Source: Orbicella franksi
Lineage: Eukaryota
NCBI GenBank assembly: GCA_964199315.1
Contig: OZ116705.1
Coordinates: 12,028,001-12,092,000 of the forward strand
DNA length: 64,000 nt
Direction: 5' to 3'
In this document: positions 50,305-63,563 of the stretch, piece by piece
Position numbering within the stretch: the first letter of the stretch is position 1
Layout of the letters: the number at the start of each line of letters is the position of its first letter
Notes under the pieces: model-generated
What the model saw: the letters and a program-made list of their open reading frames with translations, nothing else
What the model was told of the DNA's origin: nothing
The model's database searches: none
Made by a program: the position numbers and the translations under genes

Positions 50305-53300
50305 TCAGCTATGGTACTCCCTGGTGTGAAACTCTGCGAAGCAATTCCTGTCTGTCAAAACATGCATAAACTTCCCAAGACACTGTGGTGCACTGCAGTA
50401 AGAACGTACTTTCTTTTCACCTCTGCCCTGCTTGTAACACACCACACAGTTTCTCTTTTTATCAGAGAAAACTGGAATATGTACAGTTTCAAACTCTTCC
50501 AGGCAGGGAGCTGGTTTTGCATTGGAGTATACTGGCGGTTGATCATATTCTGGTAAATCACAGAGTTGTCTGACAATCTCCTCGCGGAAATTACTTAAGG
50601 AATAGCCAGCTGACCTTTGAAGAGCTTCAGTATCTGGAAACTTCGCCTGGTGCTCCTTGAAAAGAATAAAACTATTAACTACAGCTATATCTATGAGGTG
50701 GAAAAACAAAGTTTTCCACCAGCTCATACACTTGCGTAAGACATTATTAGTGGCTATAATCTGATCAGACCGGTCAACTCCATTCATGTACTTATTGTAA
50801 TTACTAATAGTCTGGGGCTGCGGTACCACTTTGGTACTCCACACACCAGCAGTCCTAGCTCTTCGGGTAACCTGGACATGATCATTGGCATTATCAATAG
50901 TTGTTAGGACTGAAACTACTTTATTATCTATCCACTGCAATGCTAAGCAGGGGGTATCTCTTTCCCAACGCATGCTTCCCCTTTCTTGTCCCTTGGCCCA
51001 TTCCTTGCTATTCTTAAGACTAGCTGGAAAATCTTTCCTGGTCTCCAGGATGGTACCTGTGGCAGGGACCCCCTGGGAAAACAAATCTTTGAACAGGGTC
51101 ACAGAAGTATAAAAGTTATCCACGAATAAGTGGTAACCCTGATTCAGTAAAGGATACATAAGCCTCATTACAACATCATAGCCCAGTCCATTTGCACTAA
51201 CATCCCGCCCTGCTGTTTGACCAATGTAGACATTGAAGTCTATGGTATACCCATTCGAGCTGTCCGCTAGCACCCAGAGTTTGATTCCGTATTTGTTGGG
51301 CTTGGCTTTGATATACTGACGTATACCAGACCTATGCTTAGACTTAACCATGCGCTCATCGATAGCTAAATTTTGTCTCGGTTGATATAAAGTAAGACAT
51401 CTGGATTTAAAATAATCAATGAATGACTCTACTTCTCTTAACTTATCACCAGGCTTTTCAGTTGCTGGGTCCACAATATGTAGCATGGCCAATAGGGCTT
51501 TGAACCTGACTTTAGACAGGATTGCTCGTGCCCAGAGACCATGGTAGAGGGTCTTCACACTCCAATACTTTTCTCCAACCCCCACCCTGACAAGACCAAA
51601 ATAAATTAGTAAAGCAATCAGTCGTTTAATCTCATCAGCTGTAACATCTTGCCAGCTCCCGTCAGTTTTAGCATAAGTCTGATGCGTTCCCTCAAAGATT
51701 TTCTCATAAGCGTAACTATTCGTATGATCACAAATATTACCGATCATGTCTGCTGTAAAAAACAGATAAAAAAAGTCAACAGCCCTTGTCATAGTATTCC
51801 TGAGAAGAGGCCTGCCAAGGTGAATACCAACTGGGCGTGACGGGGCGAATGGAGGGAGGCAATTTCCAACATCTAGGTCACCATAGGACTTAGTGGCCAC
51901 TGCAGGATCACCACGACCTCGAGCACAACCACCATGAATGCTACGACTACCACTAATGCTACGACCACCACTAATGCTATGACCACCATGAACACCACGA
52001 CCCCCATGACCACTGAGGACAGCAGCGCCATCACCAGGGAACTGACAAGGGGCATGGGAACCTAAATGTATATGAAAATAAAAAGTTAAGATTAAAATTG
52101 AATGTGTTTAGTCCATAGATCAGATATAGATATGATTATGTTGATATGCACAGGGAAATAGAAGAAAATTATGTAAATACACGCATAGTTTTGCTTCCTT
52201 TCAAAATATTTACTTAAATCAAAGTCATTTAAAGTTAGTCATAAATATTTTCATTCAAAAATTGTACTAGTTATGCACTTTATTGTGAGTAATTTTATTG
52301 GGACTGTCCCCGATTAGGTGGCTTTCAGACGGACTAGAAGTTTTAGACACTTAAATAAAGTTTATTGATTGATTGAATTGATTAAATTTGTGCCAATTGA
52401 AAAACATTTTATTCACCAGGAGTAGCTTCTTGTTGCTCATCTTCTTCAACTTCTTTATCTTCTTCAACTTCTTCATCTTCTTCTTCACTAAAAGAATCAA
52501 AATAACAAATGTTTATCAATTGAGCGGCGAAAGTAATCAGGCAATTACTTTGGTTTTGGTGTTTTACTAAGTGTTTCACTCAATGTGAAATACTGAGTGT
52601 GAACTGCAGTCTGCAAATTGTGGACAGGTGGTAAATTGGAGACTGAGGGTAAAATGCAGATTACAGAGCTTTTAACTGAATTGTATTACCATTTTCCGTT
52701 ATTGAGAGCAAACCATAAACAGGCTAACCGGAGTGTTATTCAGACTAGCCTGAGTGATATTCAGGCTTACCATAGTGATCGATATTCAGGCTAAATACTG
52801 AGGTGCATCGACTTAAGTAAAATAATGATTAGCTTGTATAAACCTGTTTATGGTTAGAACTTGCTGATGGAAATAACACACTATATACTTACAAAGTCTG
52901 TAATCTGTCTGAAGTCTGCATTTTACCCTCAGTCTGCATTTTATACTGACCACCAATGGTTTGAGATTGTAGTTGAGTAATCTTATAAATTGGTGAGTTA
53001 TTGGTTTTATGACACTCATTTGAAAACCGCTCCACAGACACCACAATAACAGCAGTTCAAATTTTCAAAAAGCAACAATGGTTTGATGACTAAATGAGGC
53101 AAGCATCTGTCCCCTAGTTGAGTTGAGCAGCTACATGTACAGTATGATGAAGTATCTTAAACACTCTGACGACTAGACTTTTCAATACAAACTGTAAGTC
53201 AATCATTTGCAAGTGTTAAATACTTTTTGATAAACAAAACCCTCATATTTGACGCCAGTTAGAATGGGCATTTTGTATTTTTCTAACCAGCAGGATGGGT

Positions 53301-54094
53301 TGAGGTCACATTAATCCCTCAGCATCTATGCAAATCCTCTTAATTTAATATTCCCCAAAGATTTCTGCCCAACCTATTAATTATGACAGGCATATTGTCA
53401 CTGCTGCCATTTCTTTCATTGTCCTAAGAATTACAAACATTGCAAAACAGCAATACCACTCCCTCCTCCCCTCCCCTCCCCTCCCCAAGTTCACCCTACC
53501 CTTGACCATTTCCTTCCATGCGTTAATGAAATTCTGAATTGCAACCTAAAAGCTGTAATCCAGGCTGTAACCTACAGCTGAACCTATAACTTGTAACCTG
53601 CAACCTGCAGTTTACACTGGGTAGGTATATTTTGGATGTTGCAGCTTGAAACTAACTGTTTATTTGTGTTGAAGTGACCGCAAGTAACCAGAGCTAATTT
53701 AGGCCAACTGGAGTGCTAATTTCCGGCTAAGGCAACCTGCAACCTGCAATTAACTGCAGTGTTACCTGCCGATTTTACACCCTCACATCAAGAATTGCAT
53801 TCCTCCATGGCAACGTATCAGCAGTGACAAGAATTCAAACGTAAAAAACAGGTAGCTTGAAGAGTAAGCTTGTATCTTGGAAGCCTCGTGGTCGTGTACT
53901 GTATGATCAGGTATGATACATAGTTTATTGAGTGCTTACCTTGATTCTTCGGTCTCGTTTTCCAGCTGCCGGTCTAAATCGCTTTCTTCATCACTAGACA
54001 TCCCATTGGGTGAGTTTTCATCGTTTAAAATTAAGTCCAATTCATCTTCTGGATCGACAAAATCGACACGTGCTCTCTTCGATACGGACGCCAT
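50305..54094 (-). CDS. piggyBac-type (PGBD4-like) DDD transposase, intact, 3 exons, ~660 aa
   Basis: Exons 54094-53940, 52487-52417, 52061-50305 (1983 nt, GT-AG, phases 2 then 1). Catalytic motifs AIDERMV, FVDNFYTS, NGVDRSDQ; KPNKYGIKLW; C-terminal Cys-rich domain CVVC...CSAPQC...H...C..FH. Confidence 0.9.
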
Positions 54095-54139
54095 TACTTC
54101 CCAGGTCTCATAGGGCACATACCAGACAGTATAAATTAT

Positions 54140-54227
54140 GGACTGCGGACTTCGGACTGCGGACTGTGGACTGCGGACTGCGGACTGCGGACTGCGGACT
54201 GCGGACTGCGGACTGCGGACTGCGGAC
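54140..54227. repeat. (GGACTGC)n tandem repeat, about 12.5 units
   Basis: Direct inspection; between the piggyBac terminus and the transposase ATG. Confidence 0.95.
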
Positions 54228-55144
54228 ACTTCTTTGACACCTCTTTGACTGCGAAGACACTTCTTTGACACACGCAGTTGGCAAGTTCAGGGGTTAATTC
54301 ACACGGGCAGTTTATTTTTGGGAAGCAAAGCGTGAGTTTGTTTCGAGGCAACACGGCTTTCCAAGGAAACCAAAGGTGTAATTTCTCACATTTTCTAAAC
54401 ATGGTCAAAACTGGACTGTTCTTTACTTTTTTCCTAAAAGTGAACTGCTAACTATGAAAATCGTGAGTTAAATGTACCATTTGGACTGAATGAAATATAC
54501 GTGATATGAACAGTCCACTTCAGGTGGTGTGAATTTTTTCATAATTATTATTTTTTATTTCGTAAATTTCTATTTCTAGTTTATTTATGTATTTAATTAT
54601 TCTTTTAATTCACTTTTAAGTTTTTTTATTTCTATTTTTTTTTTAATTTTTGATTTTTAATTTCTTCTTTTTTTTGCACTCCACACTCCGCGCTTTTGGA
54701 ACAGCCGGATTTTAAAACCAATTAGAGAGAGCGTTGTGCACGTGCTGACGCGGGAAAACCTTTACTCTAGCTGAACTGCAGTTTTTGCAGTCGTCGAATC
54801 GTCACCGAATGAAAACTGAAGTTTCTGTAATTTTTAACAAGTTCACTGAACTGTGTTGATTCTTTAGTAGCTTGTTGAATCAACAGTTACATGATGATTT
54901 GAAGTGATTTTGAATTCATTATTCACTTGTATTATTAAAAATCGCTTTCTTGATGTCATTTGGCCTTGTATATTGATAGTACACTTGGCTTTGCTTCGCG
55001 CTCAGGCCGCAAATGACCTACACATTTGCGGTCCGAATACAGGGCAACACACCCAAATACAGGGCCAATACATAGAGGATATTACACAAAGGAAAGAAAG
55101 ATATGAATTTTATTTTGGAGTGGTAAAATGTTTTACACATACGC

Positions 55145-55228
55145 AGGGCCCCTTTTGATACCAGCCTATGGCTGATGGGGCTACCCTGCCTAAATAAAGA
55201 TGACTCGACTTGACTTGACTTGACTTAC
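55145..55228 (+). mobile_element. LINE 3'-end remnant with (GACTT)n tail
   Basis: Hairpin, AATAAA, then short tandem tail; similar stubs at about 21360-21428, 23935-24025 and 52300-52382. Confidence 0.5.
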
Positions 55229-55434
55229 ACGAACGCAAATAAACAATATTTCCACGTTATTCACTTATTCACACCGTGATAAAACTGTCATTTTACCTTG
55301 ATAATGATGTCAGCAACATCGAAACGTCGGACAACTGTAATTTTGTTATTGTGAATATTGCATTGTTTAAATAAATTTTTAGTTCGTACCTAATATTAAG
55401 TGCCTAACTAGGAGTCAAAAACCAGACGTTCTCG

Positions 55435-58400
55435 TTATTCCACGTGCAGTGCTAAAGCCTTGCCCATGAGTCGGTCTGTCATCGGCGCGTTTTCCTTCAT
55501 TGCCTTTCTCTCTGTTAATAAGCTCCTAGACAAGAAGAAAACAATAGTATTGTTAAGTTCGTCTAAAAACATAATAAAATATCCTTTTTTAAAACATGGT
55601 TGTCACAGCTATCGCTTTTCAAAATTCTCTGACTTGTCCTTGGCTTTTTCCTGATAAGATTTAATTTTCCTTTAAAAATAAATACAAATGTCAGATGCCT
55701 CCCATTGCAGCCGTCCTTCCCCCCATTCATTTAAGGATTAGTTTTCAACAAATTCGCCTTCTTCATCAAGGACAAACATCGTTAAGATCACTGTGATCCG
55801 AAATTCACATTTCCTTTAGCCATCGATGGTATTAAATCAACGACGCTATAATTTCAATCATCCCTGACTATTTTTTTGTTCCGTTTGTTTTTCTTTCCAG
55901 AATGTCAATTTTCCCATTCTCAAGACAAAATCCCTGACTTTTCCCTGACACAAACGATTTTTTACTCCTGACCATTTTAATTCCTGACATGTGGTAAACC
56001 TGGAAAGTATTACACTTGAACAAAAGTACGTATTTACCTAACCAATTTATGATGTTGTTTTCGCGGGGAATTCAAAGCTGCGTAAATTAGGTATAAGTTG
56101 AAAATGTCTCTCTGTATGAAAAAAAAACAAAAAAAACAAAAAAAAACCGCGATATCAGTAATATTACTAACTACTTATTAACCGAGACTGAGGTCTTTAT
56201 GGAAAATTTCAGACCGAGACCCTGCCGTATTGACCGAGCGATAGCGAGATCAATACGGCAAGGTTGAGGTCTGAGATTTTCCCGTAAAGACCGAACGTTC
56301 GAGGTTAGTAAGTTGTTTGTTATGTGGCTTTTTGCTTTGTTTTTGCAAGCCCGTAATCGGCCCGTGGGCATTACGGGAGAATGATGCCCTACAATTAGCC
56401 AATCAGAGCGCACGAGATGTCGGCTACAGGAACAAGCCACTGATATAATAAAGATAGACAATATCCTTTCACTAACCGAGCGCGAGGGCCCTTCTGAGTA
56501 CTATCGGATCGAGCGCAGCGAGGTTAGCACAAAAAGGACCGAGGGCCAATACATGGAGTATATTACACGGAGGAAAGAAAGATATGAATTTTATTTTCGA
56601 GTGGTAAAATATTGTTTTTAACACGAGAAAATGAAACTCACATCTTCAAGACAGCGTGCAATTTTCATTTTATGTAGAGACAAACTGTCTGTTTGGACAA
56701 ACAACCGTAGAAAAGTCAACAGTGAGGATGATATGGAAAATAGGCCACTCGGTTCCGGGATGTGGTTTCGTATGTATTTTACGAGTGGTGCATTTTCCTG
56801 CAAAACACTAGTGTCTATACAGTAAGCATTCTTATCGCACGAAACATTCACTTACTTGAGCGTTGCTGCCTCCAATATTAAGGATTTTGTAACGGAGCGG
56901 TTTCAAGATTTCAACAGCATTGCCAAAAATACCCTGTGACAAAAAAAGAAAAAAGTGTACATGAAGGAGTTGTAAACATGTTCTGGTAACGTTTGATGCA
57001 CTAACATAAGGCAAACACTTTGATTCCCAAAAGTGATAAACTTGGAAATTCTCTTTACCATTTAGCCAAAATATTTGACTTTTTAGGGATATTTTCATTT
57101 ACAATTCATAATTTTGACCAAGCAGATACGATTCAAGCCAACGAAGGAAACTCTTTATTTGACAAGAAAAAAATCCATACACCACAATAATAATGATAAA
57201 ACAATAGTCACACATCAAGGGGTCAATTTAAGATTACACTGGTCGGTTAGCGGGAGCAGTAAAAACAAAAAAGCAAAAACAACAAACAAACAAACAAACA
57301 AACAAATCCAGAGATATTCGCGCCAAGAACGAGGAGTAAAAAAGGCGCGGAGATTCGGTTCTAAGGCCTGTTTTAGTTTGCATCAATCTTTTAGCTGAAA
57401 ATACTTTTTACTGACCGTGAATATAGTAAGACTGACAAACTTAAAGAAGCCAATTACACTTAAAAATTGCTGAATTTCTTTAGGAAATTAACATTTAGAA
57501 AATAACATTTCACTGATCGTGATACAACTGATTAAATATAGTTACATAAACTTTCAACTTCATTTATTTTCTTTTCCGGCAGAACAATTGAACATATATA
57601 ATAAGAAAGAGCACGTACATGTATGGAGAGTATCCAATTTAAGCCAGCTTACAATTGATTCAGTAGTTTCATTTGCTGCAACCAGTTTTCTTTAACCACA
57701 ATAAAGAAAATGTCTTGCACGGTCTGTCAAACTGGAAAGGTCGTACTTTATTGTTTTTCCGAATCGTATCCGTTTCTGTATATTGGAGATGTTTTCACTG
57801 ACCATAAGCAGCGAATGAAAAGTACCCATGAGTTTCTTGCACTTAAGGCACAAAAAAGAGCAGCTAAAAGAAACACACTGCCAAACAAGACTGGAACGAC
57901 GAGCGCCCATTCAGCTTGCTGACGGCAAACAAGTTTAAACTGTACATGCAGAAGCTCTTTTTACAAGTCAAAAGGGGAAAAGCGGAACTAGTGGCTCGCG
58001 TTCTGTGTTATGTTCCTTGTGGAAACCCGAGATAATGACACAGCTACTGACTCGAGCTGCAATCTATTGATTTAATTCTGAAGACGACGGAGACGACTCG
58101 GAAGACGATGCACTATCAGGCTTTTCGAAAATGGACGGCTTTGTCGAACATACAGTCAAACCTCTATTAAGCAGCCCTCTATTAAGCGGTCACCCCCTAT
58201 TAAGAGGTCACTATTCAAATTCCCGAAATTCACTTCACAAATTTACTGTATATTTGACTACCATTAAGCGGTCGCCTCTATTAAGCGGACGCGGTCACCG
58301 TTTGGACTTCCAAATTGGCTAACATTATTGTAATTCACCTCTATTAAACGGTCACGTTTTTACATTTGGTGATCAACTGGGGCACAGTTTTATGGTTACG

Positions 58401-61400
58401 AGGAACTTTCTCTAGCACTAGCGCTGAACAAAGTCAGTGACATGCTTCACCAAAATAAGTTGTGCAACCCAAAATCACAGAGGGGGGGGGGGGAGATTCT
58501 GCTCATAGTTTTTGGTGGATGAGGAGGGGGGTCAGAGCATAACTTACCTTTGTGGGCAGGGGGGGCACTATATAATATTTCTATATGTGAGGCTCATTTC
58601 CCCCCCCCCCCCATCTTTTGACACTTATTGCACAGTCCCCAACACAGACTAAATTTGCTTCATAATAATCTTTTGCAGAAACCAATTTTCATTTACCACC
58701 AAAAGGTTCATCAAACACAAGGTGACTAATTTGAACTTAAAATTTGCTTGAATTTCTTATACGGAACAACAAAGAAACAAAAAATAAGAAAGAAGAAGCA
58801 GTCATGAGTCATGACATAGATGAAGAGAAGCAACAGAACAAAGCAAAACAAAGCAAACTGCGTTAAGTTATTAAGGAATTTAGTAGGCGATAGACAAGTC
58901 CCCCTCCTGCTTTTACATCTATCATGGACACTGGACATCTCAATGTACCATCAAATCTACTGGGGGGATTTTTACTTGGAGCTTATAAGTGAAGACGCTT
59001 ATTGTACCCTGTCAGCTTGTACAAATGATTGACAGAGGGTCAGTCCAACCTCTCTGGTTACGTCACAGTTAGTTCCTGAACCATCCCTGGAAAATCATAC
59101 AATGTAAGGGAATTAGTAACATATAAGAATGTAGACGCCACTATTTAACAAATAGATTGCGTGCTGCCGTGCATCTGTTCAGTAATTGATCACAGTTAAC
59201 GGCAAAATGTGCTATTGTAAGACCAAAAAAAAAGACAAAACAGCACACGAGGCGATGTCACGAATGTTCTTACCACATTTTGATGTCGTCTATGACCAAT
59301 TACTAAATAGACGCACAGAAACATGAAATCTATTTGTAATATAAAACAAAAACAATAACAACAAACTGTTAATGATGCCATCTATATAGCTAGGGTTTAT
59401 ACACCTGGAAGGAGAGAGGCAGTGTGAGAGTAAAACGTTTTAATTTCCCAAGAACATAAGGAAATGTCCTCGGCCAGGGCTCGAACCCAGACCACTCAAT
59501 CCCGAGTCCATCGCGCCTCTCCCACAATACTCTTCTACGCCTGCTGAAAACGCATCAATTAAAACGACGGCAGATTAAAACTCTGCTACAGCTCTACCTG
59601 ACATAGTCTCTCAAGGATTCCATGAGTTTTACTGTAGCATCTTCATTCTTTGCTCCTAATGTACACATTAGCATGTGGACATCATTAAAAACCTGAGGGA
59701 AAAGAAGTTCGTATTGATGAAAAGGCGTAATAGACACAGTAGTCTCATTCGCAGCCATCGTCACGCAACGCTACTCGTTACTTCTATATTTGGGTAAAAC
59801 TTTGTTATATTTCGATACCTGGTGTGCAAAAACTCAAAGACAATATCAATGACGCTTTGGGCAACGATAGGACAAGACTTTGGATTGGTGGAGCGGCGGG
59901 ATTTGGCGCGACTCAGCAATATATGAGCGAATCTGCCATTGGATAAAATGAGCGAAGGAGTGTTGTTCGTGTTGGAAGGACCTACGTCTCGGTTTGGAAA
60001 TCTTGAAAAGTTTAGCATAAATTTTTCAAGTTGGTCGTTTGTAATCCGTGATAATCTTCTCCATCCTTAGCCATCCTTGTTCTTTTACAGTTTATTATCA
60101 TCTCTTTGGTGTTTTTCTATCTTAGTAAATTATTATTTTCAGGTTTCTTTCAATTTAAAGGCAATTTTGTACGTGGCCCAAACAACTCAAAATACCGTGA
60201 CTGAGCTCCTTTAAGCAGCCGTTAGAGTGGAGTCCAAGTGTTGTGTGACGACCGAATAACGCCTGTGAAGGAGACTATAAGAAATTGAAACGCATGCGCA
60301 ATAAAATAACAGCACGTACCAAAATATGATCATCCGTGTGTGACTCCCATAAGTGATAGAGATCTTTCCATCGACTACCAACATCAACACCTACAAGTAA
60401 AAATAAACAAAATCTGTTTATCACGCAACAATGAGGAAAAAAAAAGTCGTCACTTGCTACTATGTACAGAAATTCTTGCAACCTGACTAAGGACACTTGT
60501 AATGAAATGTTCTATGACCGTTTTAAAGATAACAAGAAAGAATAAAAAATGTGCTGACAGTGATGTTGCCACAAGAGCTCTTTGTGATGTACAACTAGAG
60601 AAATTAAGCGTCTAAAAAGCTACATATATGTCACCATATTCAACTCAGTTTTCTACGTACAAAATTACTTCACATTGAAGAAAGCCAAAAAATAATAGCT
60701 AGGAGTAATGGTAAACCGAAAAGAAACATTCAACTACACTATTTGTACGGACGAGAAACTAAAAATAGTGGCCTTTTTTTCAAGAGGAGAAGGTGAGGTC
60801 CTCATTCAAGACGCTTTGGAATTAAAGGTACTTCATATATGTACATGAACCCACGCCCCCAACCAAGGTCCCAATTCAAGACACTTTTGGATTTAAAGGT
60901 ACTTCATATATGTACCTGTGCCCACGCCCCCAACCAATATTAGGATTAAATATTGCCAGACCCTTACAACCGCATCATCCCTAAATGCATCTTGCAGTAA
61001 GAAGCAGGGAGAAAAGTGAATTTTTCTTTAAAAAATAAGTTCAAAATCGTCGCAATGAGGTTAGAGCAGTTATTATCCATATACTCTTCATATCAATTTT
61101 TTGACCATGAGTCAATTGGTGTATTGTTCAGTGGATATCATGGATTTGAAGTTGGCTCGTCTAACGGTGAATAGGCCATATTTGTATCCCCGGTATTGGA
61201 CTGGACCTAGCTTGCAAATGAGGCTAAGGCGAGGAGTCTTTTCAAGTGCAAATGACATTAACCTCTTGTCAAAGATATTCCCCCACGTGAGCCTCCATTA
61301 CAAGTAGTCAGCTGAAAAAATAGAAATATCAAGAGCTAAAAGGATAAAATGATCTAAGTTTAAGGTGGACATCTCCCACAGGCGGACATGGCCATCTCGC

Positions 61401-63563
61401 TGTTCCTGACTGAATTTTACTTGTTGTTCTGAACTCTCTTTGAGGCGACACCTAGAGTTGTTCCCCAGGGTGTGCACCTTAGAGGGGGATCAACTAACTT
61501 TACGCTAACCTTCCATTTGAAGTCTGTAAAGAAGTGACGAGGCATCCACTAAATCGAGCATGGCACCAGAATGACAGCGCTTTCCAACCTTGTAAACACG
61601 AAAAAAAGCGTTCACAGTGCGGAACTCTTACAAGTTAGCACTACAGTTAATTACCGCAACCAAATTCACAAAAAGTCAATCATAAACCGTGTCTACTGTC
61701 TTGATATCCAACGATATCAAGTCCCTGATCTGATATGGCTACGATATCATGCTCGCTTGGCCGAATTTGGGTGCGGAAATCGTATCTCTTTAGTACGCTT
61801 CGGGGGCATATCAGGCTAGTTTGGTCGAGCCAACCAAAATACCCATGGCGATACCAAACGAGAGTAAGATTAGGTATAAGTACTGCACCAAAACGCCAGT
61901 CTGGAAACAGCTCTTTTCGTCAAACACTTGTGAAAGTAGGCAAGTTTGAGGCACTATCAGAAACGCAATCACGATCGAAATGAACGCGGCATCTTCGCAC
62001 GGGTTGACACTGTCGAGAGTACAACTAGTGCTGGTGGACTGCACAAGTCGAGACGTACATCTTTTTCGGTATGAATTGCCAAGGGCCGCCAACCTCGTTT
62101 TCAGGTAATTTCTCTGGGAGCGAGGTTGGAAGGCAGCGGTTTTCGTCGCGACGTAGCTAAGCAACCTATCACGTCATCATTACGGAGCGACTCCTCGGAC
62201 TAGTTCCTGATTGGCTTATAAACCTTGGAAACCCTTTGAGCGGCAATTGTTACCCTGGTCGACTGCAGGGACGGTTTGCTTCCTGCAACCTCAATTTCTG
62301 TACCCAATTACAAACTTCGCCTCACGAGACGTGTATTTTCCTTTCTTTTTTCCTTCAAAATTACATGGGAACGAAGAACAAAAACGAAATGAAAAATCAT
62401 CGGAAAGTTCAAACCGAAAAGTTCTTCTTACCTCCTCATCATAAATGTCTACTGCAGCCTGATGCTCTCCCTGATAAAAAAGTGAGAAATACACAAACTG
62501 TAAACGAACAAACAAACAAACAAATAAACATGCAGATGAAAAAAGTAAGTGTATAAGTTTAGACAGAGACAGAGCGTACATGTATGTCAAGTGAAAATGA
62601 GAAATCAAACAAACGACAACTTATTTGAGCCCGGCAAGTCAATCAAAATTTGGTGGAGAGCTGAAGAAAACGAAATTGAAAATATATATATAATCGAAGT
62701 TGTAGTGTCCTTCAAATGAAGATAATGACCATTAAACATACAATTGTACACCAACTCTATATACAAAATAGGTTTAGAGTGGACAACACACCATGGCGTT
62801 AGCATGGGTCAGTTATATTAACAAAATGTTCTACACCACAAAGATCCTACCCGCGTGAATGCTGCAGATTAACGCTACTTCAATAGGCTTGAAAACTCCT
62901 GATCTTTTTATGCGAACACAGTGCATCAAGAGCATTTGAGTTAAAGATAAACTAGTTCATGGAATGTCATATTTACCTTTTCGATGTGATAGAGAGCCCA
63001 GTGCCAGTAATTATGACAGGCTAGCATTGCTCCCATCTAAATAAGGTAACACAGACCATTAGTGTGCGTTTTGACAAAACTGTTCTGCAAGCATGCTACA
63101 AAAATTCATGCACATAACCACTGCCGAGAAAAAATAATTCTCACACGTTCAGAGAGCTGATAAAATGCATGCTGCACAGAGAAAATATGCATAACGTACC
63201 ACGTCCCAGGAAAATTCCTAGAGCATGATCACCTCCCTTCCCTCAAAAGTCATATGTTCTAACCCTGAGTTCCCCTGAACGGGCATGATGGGGGAGGAAA
63301 AAAAGGCAGAATTCAAGCTTGTTTGTCCCGAAAGAAAAATGTTGGGTAATAGACCTATTGGCGTGTAGAGTGGCTGTAAAGTACCACTCGTCATTTGCGT
63401 TTTTGGCTAGCCCTACGGGGAAAAGACTGCAGACTTTATTTACCGTCCAGTCATTGAGCGTCTTGCTTAAAAATGAAATGCCATCATCCTGCCGTCCTTC
63501 CATCTCAAGAACATGGGCCTCTGCATGAGTGCTCCAGCAGTCTCTTGGATTCAGTTCTAAACC
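55435..63563 (-). CDS. TTC38: Tetratricopeptide repeat protein 38; last 10 exons (261 aa plus stop), 5' part off the window end
   Basis: Exons 63563-63444, 63036-62977, 62470-62432, 61588-61510, 60390-60320, 59692-59598, 59086-59008, 56933-56856, 56111-56038, 55525-55435, phase-consistent. Motifs CHNYWHWALY, LDLVDASSLLYRLQMEG, DHILVFNDVH, IGGSNAQRDIFN, SLLTERKAMKENAPMTDRL match TTC38. Confidence 0.95.
58151..58335. mobile_element. Tc1/mariner-type non-autonomous element end
   Basis: TA|CAGTCAAACC terminus with repeated CCTCTATTAAGCGG subterminal motifs. Confidence 0.6.
59396..59523 (-). mobile_element. tRNA-SINE fragment
   Basis: B box GGTTCGAGCCC on the minus strand plus a TTTATACACCTGG..GAGAGAGGCA.TGTGAGAGTAA core. 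Confidence 0.65.
59740..60277. mobile_element. TIR-bounded non-autonomous element with ~460-bp interior, in a TTC38 intron
   Basis: Left TAGTCTC..TTCGCAGCC..CGTCACGCAACGCT; right end is its degenerate reverse complement ending GAAGGAGACTA. Confidence 0.6.

Larger units (their letters stand above)
50133..54297 (-). mobile_element. piggyBac-like element with one intact TTAA-flanked terminus
   Basis: TTAA (54294-54297) followed by CCCCTGAACTTGCC on the minus strand; the opposite end shows only a degenerate match (CCCTTCTGCCAATGCG, 50133-50148) without TTAA. Confidence 0.6.

Noticed and set aside
53936-54408. (QSAVRSP)n protein repeats
   Set aside because: They are translations of the GGACTGC array upstream of the likely ATG at 54094.
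60320-60390. Death-domain-like VGSRWKDL
   Set aside because: It is a TTC38 exon, corresponding to human GVSVGQRWQDVL.
61811-62164. GPCR-like hydrophobic ORF in a TTC38 intron
   Set aside because: The DNA shares GGCATATCAGGC.AGTTTGGT and CCATGGCGA.ACCA blocks with 27690-27810 and contains a CAACCTCGTT/CGAGGTTG MITE stub, so it is a dispersed repeat.
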